64,000 bases of DNA from contig NC_042997.1 of the NCBI RefSeq assembly GCF_006345805.1, positions 4,526,001-4,590,000 on the forward strand, read 5' to 3'. Shown piece by piece: positions 27,758 through 41,400 of this stretch (positions are counted from its first letter, which is position 1; each line of letters opens with the position of its first letter). The stretch comes from Octopus sinensis (Eukaryota). The position numbers were made by a program, and so were the translations under genes. The notes beneath the pieces are model-generated. The model saw nothing but the letters and a program-made list of their open reading frames with translations, did not search any database and was not told where the DNA came from.

Positions 27758-28399
27758 CCTAATATACACGCTAATTGCGGAGAAAAAAAAATATACATAC
27801 ATATACATACACACATACACACATACATACAGATACATACATATATATTCGCAGTTATGTGCATATTAGCCACCCTAATTAGAATGGAAACAATTAACAA
27901 AATGATTAAGAAGTTTATTTATCCACTACTGATTATACAAGACATCAAAGACGCTTACAGAAGTTAATACTTCCTAATATTATGTAAATATCCATAGCGT
28001 ATACCTTGTAAACATAAGAAACGCCCTAGCGTAATGGCTCTTTCAAATAAGCTTGGTATGTAATTCTTATAAATAATCAGTACTCTGTCAATACGAACTA
28101 ACAAGCCAAGTAATATTGATTTTCTTTGGAGGCTCAGATAACAAAATTAGAAATGTATTCGTCTTCAATCTCCGATATTCTCAATTTCCAACATTCCCAG
28201 TAGCCTCCCTACCCGCTGTAATGCATATGCGCTAACAGACGTACACTCATACACTCACACTCACAGACATTCACATTGAAGCACAAACATACACATAACA
28301 CACAAAGACACATGCACAAACACATATGACTACACATCAAGATATACACATCGATGCGATAAAAGAATTCCTCCTAGACGCGTATCTGCATATCACGAT

Positions 28400-28829
28400 C
28401 CACTGAGTTTATCGCTGTTGTTATTCGATGCTTTAAATCATCGAGGTGAGTGGTTAGCTATGGAACACAAATGCGATCTTCTACATAACCCCACAAGAAA
28501 AGAATCGCACACGGTGAGGTCTTGGGAACTCGCAGGCGAAGCACATAGAGGAATCTTTTTATTGAACTGATGTTGCCCATGTTGCAGGTCGGCGCCACAT
28601 CGAACACCCGTTAAACAGGAAGTGCTCTTTGATTGCGTGTTAATACTTGTGACTTATATATCACTTGTAGTTCGATTGTATCTGTCAATATGCTGTCTGT
28701 GAGATGGAGAACAATAGCACGGTGGTTATGGTCTTGCCCAACCAGAAGCACAGCTTTTCCATTTACTATTGCCTTCCCTTATTAAAATATTGCGTAATTA
28801 AATCGGTTCATTCCTTTTGAATAACCCTA
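28400..28829 (-). mobile_element. Tc1/mariner remnant, internally deleted
   Basis: Minus: PASSQDLTVCDSFLWGYVEDR (WPPRSPDLTPCDFFLWGYVK-like); TIR-like end gaataaccctata at a TA tract. Confidence 0.65.
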
Positions 28830-29500
28830 TATATATATATATATACCGCACCAACAGTAAATGGAAAAGCTGAGCTTCTCGTTGGGCAAGACCATAACAA
28901 CCGTGCTATTGTTCTCCATCTCACAGACACCACATTGGCACATACAATCCAACTACAAATGGGAGGCCCCCACAATACTACACACACAGCCTATTTCAAG
29001 CTCTCTCAATATGATAAATTTACTACAGGGCTGCTATGAAAGGAATTCCACAATTCTATACCTCGTACCAAAACAATTGAAAAAGAACGTGCATTAGGAG
29101 CACCCACACATTATCCGGAAATCAAGAAATCAGACACACTTGCCTGAGTCTTTGTTGTCCATCTCAACTACTCAAAGTGCTACAATCTAATGCATCTATT
29201 ATACCATGTGAAAGGACCCACATCGTATGTCAAACATATCGCCAGTCCAGCCAACGCCGAGGTCTTCTGGTACATGATGCACACTAGGATACCCCTCTGT
29301 CAGAGGCACAAACGCGCAAGTCTACTATGCTGCTCAGAATATATACATATATATGTGTCTGTGTGTGTGTGTATGTATATATTTAAAATTCAGGGTGAAT
29401 ACTTGATAACTGTAAGCACCTGTATATGCCAGTTAGTGGTGTAGGTGATAGGGTATATTTATCAAAAGAAAAACAGGATGCAAAGGATTTAGCGCGACAT

Positions 29501-29556
29501 ATGTTTCTGGCTTTATTGGACAGTTGATATAAACTGTCCAATAAAGCCAGAAACAT
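29501..29556. repeat. Perfect 25-bp hairpin
   Basis: atgtttctggctttattggacagtt-gatata-aactgtccaataaagccagaaacat. Confidence 0.95.
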
Positions 29557-29740
29557 GTATATATATATATATAATATAGTTATCGCTATACTAATATGGC
29601 AGTCTAAATAAAAGACTAAAGCTGTCGCTGATTAGCTCCAAGAGGTCACTGCCTCTAGCTAGCTATATGACACACGAACCTGTGTTCATTACAACCTTCG
29701 AACAGGGGAGGTCAGCCACTTCACCTTGCTAGTCGGATAT

Positions 29741-29781
29741 CTGCAGACATGTTTCAGGGTTGTTGCCCTTTATCAATGCAG
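29741..29781 (-). ncRNA. Minimal type-I hammerhead ribozyme, U3:A8 core variant
   Basis: Minus: CUGCA-UUGAUAA-AGGG-caacaa-CCCU-GAAA-CAUG-UC-UGCAG. Confidence 0.85.
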
Positions 29782-30154
29782 CGTAGTCAGAACCAGCAGG
29801 TGTCGCTACTGACCGTCTGTTCGAAGATTTTATTTACCTAGTTACAGTGGAATACATCTACTTGTTTTCCCCTGTTCGAAGGTTGTAATGGACGCAGGTT
29901 CGTGTGTCATATAGCTAACTAGAGGCGGTGGCCTCTTGGAGCTAATCAGACACAGCTTTAGTCTTATATTTAGACTGCCATATTAGTATGGCGATAACTA
30001 TTAATATCCGGTAACGCTGCCGTAATCTCCTTTAGAGTGACTTAGTAATTTTGATATTTCTATTATTGAAAAAAGTGGATGTATTGCACTGTAACTAGGT
30101 AAATAAAATCTTCGATCAGACGGTCAGTAGCGATACCTGCTGGTTCTGACTACG

Positions 30155-30195
30155 CTGCATTGATAAAGGGCAAAAACCCTGAAACATGTCTGCAG
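30155..30195 (+). ncRNA. Minimal type-I hammerhead ribozyme, U3:A8 core variant
   Basis: CUGCA-UUGAUAA-AGGG-caaaaa-CCCU-GAAA-CAUG-UC-UGCAG. Perfect 5-bp stem I, 4-bp stem II, palindromic stem III ACAUGU; GUC cleavage predicted after 30190. Confidence 0.85.
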
Positions 30196-30422
30196 ATGTC
30201 TGACTAGCAAGGTGAAGCGGCTGACCTCCCCTGTTCGAAGGTTGTAATGGACGCAGGTTCGTGTGTCATATAGCTAGCTAGAGGCGTTGGCCTCTTGGAG
30301 ATAATCAGCGACAGCTTTAGTCTTATATTTAGACTGCCATATTAGTATAGCGATAACTATTAATATCCAGTAACGATGCCGTAATCTCCTTTAGAGAGAG
30401 TTAGTAATTTTAATATTTCTCT

Positions 30423-30497
<75 letters not shown>

Positions 30498-30520
30498 ACA
30501 TATTTATATACATATACATA

Positions 30521-30618
<98 letters not shown>

Positions 30619-31411
30619 GCATACACACATATATACTAGAAGAGATACCGGTGCGCTGCTCGGGATTAAGAAGGCATAGTTTGTATATAATATATAACAG
30701 TTAGTTAGAAACTGGTAATATGGGAAAGTGCAGCATTGACAACAAAACATTTGTGGAGAAAATACTTGCCTAATTCGTCTAAGCAACATGCTATGCATCC
30801 CTAACCTGTCATGGAAGATTGGAGGTGGGGTTATGTGATTTTTGAACGGCCGAATAGCTGCCAGGGGATATACTCTCTTTTGCAGCAGTCGGCGCTGTGT
30901 CTAACACGAACAATCATCTGAAATGTTGACACTACCTCGGATTTCTTCTCCTACTTCACTCATAAAGTAAATTTGGAGGAACTGTGGTTGTACATTTGTG
31001 GGTAACAGGGGAAAATATGGTGATAGACTTGCCCATGAACGTTGACGTCGGCAGAAATTCATGTTTATCGATCTTCTTAGATGCACCAAACGATGTCCTA
31101 TGAAATGCAGCGTTGTGTGGTCTTGTGTTGTTTAGAAAATCCTTTGACTTGATGGAAGGGACTTTTAGAATTTGCATAAGTGGTTACCTGATTACCTGAT
31201 CCCATGCGCAGCACATATTTGTTTCATTTGAAAATGTAACGTCATCGTATAGCATTTCTATGATAGTTGATTCATGGAAAAGATTATTACGTAAAATTTT
31301 TGCAATGCAAATATGTGAATGGAAATTAAGTTTAATTAGTAGCCGAAATAGTACTGAATCTTTTTATACCCCATACGTGAAAATCTGTAACACGGTTTTG
31401 GAATGCATAAA

Positions 31412-31455
<44 letters not shown>

Positions 31456-32335
31456 ATATATATATATATATAATATATATATACATAGGACAGACATCTT
31501 TCAAACTGAAAGTTTTATCTCACATTACCACAGATACGTAATTCCGAACTAGTATAAGATGTAGTAGATTGCTCTGGGCAAGCATTAGGCAAGAAGCTGG
31601 AATTTATTTTGGCCATGATACTGCATGTACCTCGGCTTTTGTATAAGACGATTGTTACTTTAAGTATTTTATTTCGATTTTATGTATGTATGAGCCAATG
31701 AGAGACATCTACATAGTAGCTAGACCTGGGAGAATTAGCAGCCAAATCTCCCTCAAAAAACCCTACTGCCTTAATCCGAGAATTCTGCCTATTATGTAGT
31801 TTGAATGAGAAACTGTAACTAAAGATTATTAACCCAAAACTTTTAAGCGTTTTAATAATAATACATTTTGTTCTCTTTTTTGCGTAGCATTTCATGTCAG
31901 GGTTAATTTGGATGGTGTTAAGTTGTGGAAATATTTGGCGATCCTGTGTGAGGTTTACTGTTGATTATTTCTTCAAATATGGATAATTTATTGATAATGA
32001 ATCATAGCACTATATTTATAAAACTTCAAGTAGGATTGGGCGTCATAAGAGAGACAGCATAGCGACAGCTTTGGTTGGCTGTCTTTCTGTAGTCCCCTTC
32101 CTGCTAGCGAAATTGTATGTAGCGGCTGTGTGACCAACAGGGTGGTTTTAATGTGGGAACAACCAGGACAAATAGATTACAAAAATAGCGATTCTCACCT
32201 TGAAACTAACTATTTCGAAACTGTGTTAGTTTACGGAATGCCCCGCTCTCTCATATATTCATGTTTAATATTTCAGCATAATCAGAGGAACGATACTCGA
32301 GTTATAATTGCACAAAGAGATAGACAGACACAACG

Positions 32336-32396
<61 letters not shown>

Positions 32397-32404
32397 ATAT
32401 ATAT

Positions 32405-32596
32405 AGGGAGAGTTTACGAAAAATAACAAAAGACGAAGACAGGTGGTGTACAAAACAAACAGATGTATTAGTATAACGCTCAGTAATAGAACAAAGTCTT
32501 TTACGTTTCGAGCATACGCTCTTCTACAGAAAGGGACACAGAAAAAAACAAGGTGAGAAAAAAATGTGTATAGTGGCTAACGAACAATCATGGCGA
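32405..32596 (-). mobile_element. Solo Penelope pseudo-LTR in (TA)n
   Basis: Reverse complement of the 21510-21730 family; (TA)n on both sides. Confidence 0.8.
32498..32533 (-). ncRNA. Hammerhead-like motif with A6U core (CUGUAGA)
   Basis: Minus: CUUU-CUGUAGA-A-GAGC-guau-GCUC-GAAA-CG-UA-AAAG; both stems perfect. Confidence 0.7.
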
Positions 32597-32618
32597 TATA
32601 TATATATATGTATGTGTA

Positions 32619-32729
<111 letters not shown>

Positions 32730-32754
32730 CATATATATATTATCCTATTATTTA

Positions 32755-33110
32755 ACTTGCTTCACTCGGTTGCATGCGGCCATTCTAGAGCAACACCTTG
32801 AACAAATCGGCTCAGGGACATATTTTTAAAATTCAGTACAAAATTCAGCTGTCACGTCTGCCGAAGCACAACGTTATGGGGACCTAAACACACCAACACC
32901 AGTTGCCAAACAGAATGGAGGATAAACATGGAAACAAAGATACTACGCACACATAGATACTACGAGCTTCCTTCAGTTTACGTCCGCCAAATGCACTCAC
33001 AGGCTTTCGTTTATAGTAGAAAACACTTGGCAAGTTGCCACGTACTGGGACTGAACATAGAACCACGTAATCGTGTAGCAAACATTTTACTATATAGCCA
33101 CGCCTGCGCC
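32755..33110 (-). mobile_element. tRNA-derived SINE (second family)
   Basis: Minus head ggcgtggctatatagtaaaatgtttgct...ggttctatgttcagtcccagt; the body (gcggccat...aaatcg...ccgaa...taaacacacc) recurs at 57180-57362. Confidence 0.7.
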
Positions 33111-34145
33111 TCATGCATATTTGTGTGTGCGTCTCTTTTTATGTGCGTGTGTGTGAAGATACATTGATAGGTAGAGTTGGGGACACGACTATAGGGATAC
33201 TGATGAGGTGGAAAAGAAGCGAGAATTTTATGATTATTTGGGCAGTAGCAATGTTGATGATGCCAATGGAAGAGCGCTATGGTGGCATTGGTGATGGTGG
33301 TGGCGATGATGATGATGATGATGATGATGATAGTGGTGGGGGTGTTGGTCATGGTGGTGTTGGTCGCGGTTGTGTTGGTCGTGGTGGTGGTAGTAGTGAT
33401 TGTGGTGATGTTGACGACGACGATAATGATAATTTAATCAAAACACTAAATATCTTTGAGAGAAAGATTATTTTGAATGACAATATGATCAGCCCAAATA
33501 CTGGTACGTTAGTCTGCAACCAAACTGGTTTATTCTGTAAACAATCTCTAACCAAACTGGTACTTTAGTCTGTACAACCGTAATGTAAAGTTTGCCTCGG
33601 CAGGATTTGAACCCACTACATAGACTCCAAAACTAACCTCATCAGGGATTTTCCCCAGCTTCTATTGTTTCTACTTGCTCTCCATCTCTTCTTCCATTTG
33701 AATGATAGTGACATATTTGGACTATCATTAACTGGAAACGGCATAACATCAAGAGACTGAAGATTATTAACTGAAAAGTAGTTGCCTCACACGAAATTGA
33801 ATGTGAAGTAATTATATCTATTATGACTAGTTGTGACCAATGCAACACGAATTTCAATACCACCAGAATGTAAATGGACCTATTTTTGTGAAAATGTTAC
33901 TTTTTATATAGGAAAATATTACTCTGTATATAGGAAACCCTATATACTCCACAAGAAAGAAGTATGACTTGGCTGACTGATACGTATGTGCACCAAAACA
34001 CTGCGCTCCTTGTAACGTTTTACATTGTGGACAGGTAAATCTGCATATAATTCTTTGTTATGTTTTGCGTTTAGCTTGAAAAAATAAATATGAAAAAGTA
34101 TTTCATACCTTACTGTTTAAAGTATTCATAACAATAATAATAATT

Positions 34146-34519
34146 AGAAGGAGGAGGAGAAGAAGAAGAAGAAAAAGGAGAAGAAGATGGAGAAGGAGAA
34201 GAACAAGGAGAAGAAGGAGGAGGAACAGAAGAAGAAGAAGTGGAAGTAGAAGAAGAAGGGAAGGAGAAGAAGGAGGAGGAAAGAAAAAGAAGAATAAGGA
34301 GAAGGAGATAACTGAGGGTGAAAAGAAAAAGAGGCAGCATAAGAAGAAGAAGAAGAAGAGGAATAAGAAGAAGAGTAGAAGAAGAAGAAGTAGAAGAAGA
34401 AGAAGACGAAGAAGAAGAAGAAGAAGAAGACGAGGAAGAAGAAGAAGAGGAAGACGAAGAAGAAGAAGAAGAAGAAGAAGAAGGAGAAGAAGAAGAAGAA
34501 GAAGAAGAAGAAGAAGAAG

Positions 34520-34551
<32 letters not shown>

Positions 34552-34560
34552 GAAGAAGCA
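34146..34560. repeat. (GAA/GGA)n purine tract
   Basis: Direct read. Confidence 0.95.
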
Positions 34561-34746
34561 GACTAGCAAAAGTAAAATATACATTTCGCCTCGCTTATAA
34601 AATATTATACAATCAATATATATTTTTCTGTATCAGATAGTTAAACTATATGCAGCTTGCCTTAATAATAAAAATAAAGAAATGTTACATCCATCTAAGT
34701 AAATTACAAGCATAAAGCCTATTTACGCTGCACAAGTATGTGCGTG

Positions 34747-34795
<49 letters not shown>

Positions 34796-34808
34796 ATTAT
34801 ATATAATA

Positions 34809-34850
<42 letters not shown>

Positions 34851-35012
34851 GTGTATTATATATATATGTATTATTAATCAAAAGACATACTAGGTATGTC
34901 ACCTGCTTGAAATAACAGTCAAATCTTTTATTAAATCGCCATAAAATACAGCGTTGAACACTACAGAAATCAAACGAGGCAACATCAGGTTAATGACCAC
35001 TTTCGGAAATTA

Positions 35013-35062
<50 letters not shown>

Positions 35063-37257
35063 ATATATATATATATAATATTATATATAATATATATATT
35101 ATATATATATATATTTATGTTGTATGTATATGTGTGTTTGTGTGTACACATGAATTTAAGTAACATTAGTTTCTGTCACTATGAAGACATCATTCTATTA
35201 TAATACGTTGACATGTAGGTACCTCTCATAATAATGTATTTTCATAAATGTATGTAGTTTTTGAACTATCTGATAATCAAATTTGAATTTAAAGAAATCA
35301 GTAATTGTTCTCAAATAGAAATCAAATACATTGGACTAGGTCTGAGAAATGATTTGTTTTCTTTTTGCATTAACTTCCTCAATGTATAGACCGTAAATAA
35401 CGGATGTATGAATATACGTGTTAACGTACACTACACACATATATATATACACACGCATAAACATGCACATACATGTGTGTGGTTGAGGTACTAGTAGTGT
35501 TGTTGCAGTAGCTACCATGGTGAAGTTTATTTCTATTTTTAAATCTATCTACGGCTTCATTCAGATTATTAGTACGAATGGGATTAGTGGTATTGTTTTT
35601 AGAAGTTAATAATGTTGGTATCAGTTACAATAAGATCAATATCAGGAAAAATACTCTACTCAAGGTTTGTAGGACTATTGTTAAGAGTATGTAAGGATAA
35701 TACCTAGTTTCTCTCTGTCAGAAACCGCGATCAATAATTCTCGAGGGTGTATTTGCGTAAGAACTTTAGTGTTGAAGTATTAAATATGGAGTTAGAATTA
35801 TACTGGAATAAAAAATTAGTCTTTGCAATATAAGAAGAACTTGGGCAGTGATTTAAGTTGTAGTCAAAGAAGAAGTGTAAACCATTGAACCTCTCGATTT
35901 CTATTATTATATCATACAAATCGTTTCAAATCGTTATAATCCTCTTATGTAAGATATATGCTGGGTTCACCTGTTCGGTTATCGCTTAGAATAGTCGCGT
36001 TGAAAAGATATACGCATTAAGTGTAAAATACATGCTAAGAAACGTAAATATTTGAGTTGCTATTGGTGGTCTGTGTACTAGATAACGAGTCAAAAATCCA
36101 ATAAGAATATCTACATAATGTATTCCTTAGAATATGTTTTTTTCCTTACATTTTATATATCAGCCAAACCAGGTAATCAGCGAATATCACTTGGAAACCT
36201 TCTATCTGCGTATGAGATTTTTATATTCCCTGGCAAAAATCAGTAAACATAAATTGGAAAATAATCATATATGTGTTGCCTGCGCGGTAGATATACCTAC
36301 TCCATAATATAGACTATAATTATTCTCTGTTGATTTCGGCTAGTAGATAATTCTTGTTGAGTAATTGTGGAAAGGGAATTATCAACGATCAACTCCCGGT
36401 AAAATATAAGTTTTCACAAAATATATGGTTATTAACCGAGTGTTAGACAACAACGATAGCAAAACCTTTGCAACGTTTCGAAGAATGAAACAAATATATT
36501 CAAAAACGGAAGTTTAGAAATAAACTTGCCACGAATGTAATATAGCCGAAAGTGACAGAAATAACAAATATTAATTAAGGAAATTTGAAACATCGTAGAC
36601 GATCTCACACAGTAACAAAGCAAACTAATAAAATTGTTGCCTAATGTCAAACAATCTGACCCGGGGTATATATAATCTATCCACATATTTCATCACATGA
36701 TGAAACGGAGAAAAAAATTGAAATTAGATGTTTAGATTACTACTGTAAAATAAACAAAGAACACTAAAAAAAATGAGATATGAAAGGAAGTCGCCTTTCA
36801 TCAGATGTCAATTATACATCCGAAATATTTTCGAAGACCTAATGAAATGATCACAAGACAGTTATAGGTGTTCAGTAGGCTATATGACATAATGCTAGTA
36901 AAGTCGGGAAATCGTGTGAGCTAACGACTAACAGTGGGTCTCAGGATAAGTAAGGAAACGTACAATTTTGTTGACACGATGGCTAGCATAAATTAGCGCC
37001 AGAGGAAACGTACTATGTACTGTTTTTTGGTTGGAAAGAAAAATCAGTAAATAGGAAAAATGTTAACCATTAATCATGTAGTTAGTAGAAAATATTGACT
37101 AAGGAATGTGGAGATATAAAAAATCATTGTTTCAACAGAAAGAGTTGAGTGAAGAGGAAGCAGAGGAATAACCATAAACTCATATAGATAAACACACATG
37201 CACTATATCATACACATACGTATATGTTCATGCATAATATATATATGTATATATATA

Positions 37258-38255
37258 CATACAATTTGCGCAAGATATTTGAGGACATATTTATATTTAT
37301 AAAAATAAACAGATATAGAAAAACAGATAATAACTTTATTTAGCACAAAATGCTATGAAGATAAAAATAAACCTTTTCTAAAATGTTATTAAATAAACCA
37401 CATTTCAGTTTCAACAGCTGTTTCTATATTAGATCTAAATTATCTACATTCAGGAATCAAGTGGTCATGGTACATATTGGACAATACTCTGACTAAGGCA
37501 ACTTTCAAAGAATCTTTGGTGTTACGAGCGTGCTCATTGGCCTCTCTCAACAACGCTCCACATGTAATAGTTCAATGGATTGATACATGGGGAAGTAGGA
37601 GGCCAAGTGTTACGGGTATTGTGATCATGAATATTTTCAGCCATTCATTCCTGTGTTACTAGAGCCATGTGTGATAGTTCAGAGACTTACTGAAATACGT
37701 ATGGCCTTCCATTGCATGAATTGTCTATCCAGTGTTTAACAATTATTTCCAGGATCTCAATGTAGACTCAGTGTTAAATGTAAGACCTTGTAGAAAGAAT
37801 TAAGGAGGTATCACATGTCTTTCATTGCTGACAATCCCTAAAACCATGACAGTTGCAGGACATTTTGTATGATGACACTTGGAACTTCAGAATAGTCTTC
37901 ACATAAATATTTGTCCCTAATTTCCGTTCACTTTTCATCTTGGTCGAAGTATTTCTCGTTTGAGAAGAACCAAATCAAATCTTTTTCTGCTAGATTTTTC
38001 AGTTTGTTTAAGAGCCTTTTAGATATGATGTAATGATTTTCTTTTGCTTTTGCGGACAAATTGACCTTCCCTCGTCATATGAGACTTCTATCTGATGTCT
38101 TCGTGGGCAACATTTCTGACTGTTCCTTCTGACTCATTTCTTGATTAAGCTGAGGGTGCGGGGTTATCATTTTCTGAAAAGACTGTACTGACTTAGCGAA
38201 ATATGCAGCAATGCCCCCAAAAGGTATGTCCCTAAAAACCTTACGCACAGTGTAT
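37258..38255 (-). mobile_element. Tc1/mariner (maT/DD37D-like) remnant
   Basis: Minus: WFFSNEKYF (FSDEK motif), TQEWMAEN..WPPTSPCINPLNYYMWSVVEREAN..SLKVA. TA-flanked imperfect termini. Confidence 0.75.
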
Positions 38256-38285
38256 ATATACATATATACACACACACACACATAT

Positions 38286-38450
<165 letters not shown>

Positions 38451-40019
38451 ACGGCTACCTCTCAAGAGCGCAAGGTTACCTAGTCGGTTGAACCCCTAGT
38501 GTGAAATCGACTAATGAGATCGGCTGTGAAATGTATATAATGTTGTAACCTACGATTAATATATCTATATCTATCAATCTGTCTATACACATATATACAC
38601 ACACACATAAACACATACATATACGCATACAGACATGCACAAATATATATGTATATTATATCTACATATATACAGGTTTGCCAACATTTACCTGACAGTA
38701 AATGAAAACCATTTAATCCCATGATAGATTAAAGCAAAAAAAATTATTTCATATGAAACTTGCTGAAAAAACATGTGTGTGTGTGCGTGCGTGTGTGTTT
38801 GTATTTATATAAACATATGTAAACTTGCATGCATACATGCATATGCCTTCATATCCGAGAGAATGCAAACAAACTTCAAAACCTTCAGATGTTTCAAAGA
38901 AAGTATCAATCGTTACTATTATAAGAGAGTATATCTTCAGTGCATGTGTTTATGCATAATTCTTCCTGATGATCACGGAGGAAGAAGATATCTATAGAAG
39001 ACTTTACGAATGATTACAATAGTTGGCTAGTCTTCCTTCTTTCCTCTTGAATTGCAGAGAAGCAGAGATCCAAATATAATTGTATTTCACCGGAGAATGA
39101 GGATTTCAAGAACTTGATGAGTATAGAACGGTCGATGACCCTAGCGGTGTCAAGAAATCGGAGATATTTCCATCATTAGGACAAAGTCGTGACCATTGTT
39201 AAATATGTAGATTTTTTTCACTGGAAGGAAACAAAGAAATATATGGAGACAGTGCTGCATTGTTCATAGTATCGAAGTCAACTGAAAACAGATTAAATTG
39301 TAGGCCTTAATTAATTAAACATTGAATGTGAATGCAAATCTTTGATACTTTCAGTTCGCTAAAAATCTTATATAGTATAATCTAAGTTATAGAATCATAA
39401 TTATAGGAAAATAGAAAGTATTTGTGGAAAAGGGTTACAATCTGATTCTGGGTAGTAAGAGAGGATTGATATAGATAAAAGAAATACATAGCATTGGTTG
39501 GATCATACAAAAAAAAAAGCCCTGAACTTGAGAGTGTGAAACGTCTATTGGAAGCAAGAGAGAACGATATTATTTGTGAGAAGTTTGACACAGTTAACTG
39601 GAGAGAAACATAATGCGTATTAGGTTTTCCTAATGAAAGAGAAGCATAGATACACATAGAGAAGATAGAAATTCCAAAGGTCAAATAGAGTATTGTAAAT
39701 GAGCATCAGATATAAACTTGTATTCTTCAACATATCAGATATACATACATATATATATGTATGTGTGAACATGTATAATTGTGTGTGTTCGCGTGCGCAT
39801 GTACATGAGTGTGTGCGTGCGTGCATGTGCATGTGTGTGTGTGTTAACGTTATCATGAGAGCTGTAGGTACCAACTTTGAATAATAGTATTGTCTAGAAA
39901 CAAAAAGAGTTAAGAGTAAACACATGCATATACATAGAAACTCATGAAATTACATTTATAGATGACTCATAAGAAATCCATTTCAAATACATTTCATGTC
40001 AGTCAACATAATATATATA

Positions 40020-40245
40020 TAGTTTGTAACCAATTCAACATGACTGACCATTCGAACGGACTTTACCGCATGTCTTTTTAACGCCTAGATGGCATCTCCT
40101 CTAACCGTCAGTCGCCCATGTGTACCAGCCTCCTCTCGCTATGCTATGCCACCGATTTTATCAAAAGGAACAGCAACTGTGACGTCTTAACTCATTTCTA
40201 CAGGTGAGTGAACTGAAGCAACGTGAAATAAAGTGTCTTGGTCAA
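40020..40245 (-). mobile_element. SINE fragment
   Basis: gagtgaactgaagcaacgtgaaataaagtgtcttg is shared with the 11730 and 63200 copies. Confidence 0.6.
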
Positions 40246-40295
40246 AATATATATACATATGTATGTATATATATATCTATATATATATCTATATC

Positions 40296-40410
<115 letters not shown>

Positions 40411-41211
40411 TATATATATATACGGTGGGGAGAAATACACAGGCGCACACGTATATGTGTGTTTCATATATATATATAAAGTATTTTGTTTCCGTGTTTC
40501 GAAGTTTCCACTTCTGTTAACTAAGCAATTTTCGTGATAGAATATTAAAAGGAATTTCTGATTTTGAAAAGTAAATCCTTAGTGTTTATCAGTGACTCCA
40601 TAAAAATTTTTTGAAATCAAGGTATATCGAAATAGCATTTACGAAATTAAGTTAAACTAGAATGCTTCATACGTCAATGCTTTCGACTTTAAAACAGGGA
40701 AAAATCATTTCATGTGGTTTTCTGCTTCAAGAGATTTAAAAAATCGAATACATCTTATTAGCTGTTGACCAACCTTATATGATCCATTATAAATCAGTAT
40801 CATACAACATTATCTCATGATTTTGATTTGTTTGGATTAATCAACTTTTCACCTAAGTGAAATGCTATAATGTGGGAACATGAAGCTCGTAAACATTTAA
40901 CGTTATAAATTTCTCTGAATGTTCTGAAGCATGTATACCATTTAAAGTTATTTAGAGAAGCAAATATCCCTGTGATACAAACACTGGACCGATTATATAT
41001 GTATGTGTGTGTGTGACTGTGTGTGTGTGGGAGTGTGTATGTGTGTGTGTGTATGTGTGTGTTATGAAATGATATATGCTTATACACATAGATAAATACC
41101 TATATTTCTAGATGGAATTATTTAAAGTTATCTATAAACTTAGACCTATCCTTTGAAATATACACATAGAAAAATGTATGCACACAAACGCATGCACATA
41201 CAGACCCCAAA

Positions 41212-41256
<45 letters not shown>

Positions 41257-41364
41257 TGTGTGTGTGTGTGTGTGTATGTGTGTGTGCATGTGTGTGTGTG
41301 TGTGTTTGTGTGTGTTTATATGTATACATATACATATGCATATATATATATGTATACACATATG

Positions 41365-41400
<36 letters not shown>

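Larger units (their letters stand above)
29577..30421 (+). mobile_element. ~360-bp HHR-containing monomer: inverted copy + partial tandem (retrozyme / Penelope pLTR-like)
   Basis: 29868-30060 repeats at 30227-30420 (period 359). 29577-29867 is the reverse complement of ~30070-30360. Flanked by (TA)n; no ORF. Confidence 0.9.

Noticed and set aside
34110-34584. Poly-E/F/S ORFs (and all poly-IY/YLSI/HT/N/L ORFs elsewhere)
   Set aside because: Translations of microsatellites.
35704-35812. Minus-strand segment with good splice signals
   Set aside because: All three frames contain stops; cannot be supported as coding.
38505-38540. CUAAUGA...GAAAUGUA HHR-like spacing
   Set aside because: Stems I and II do not pair.
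38684-38704. 14-nt match to miR-8 (tactgtcaggtaaa) on the minus strand
   Set aside because: Seed mismatched and no precursor-length hairpin; likely chance.
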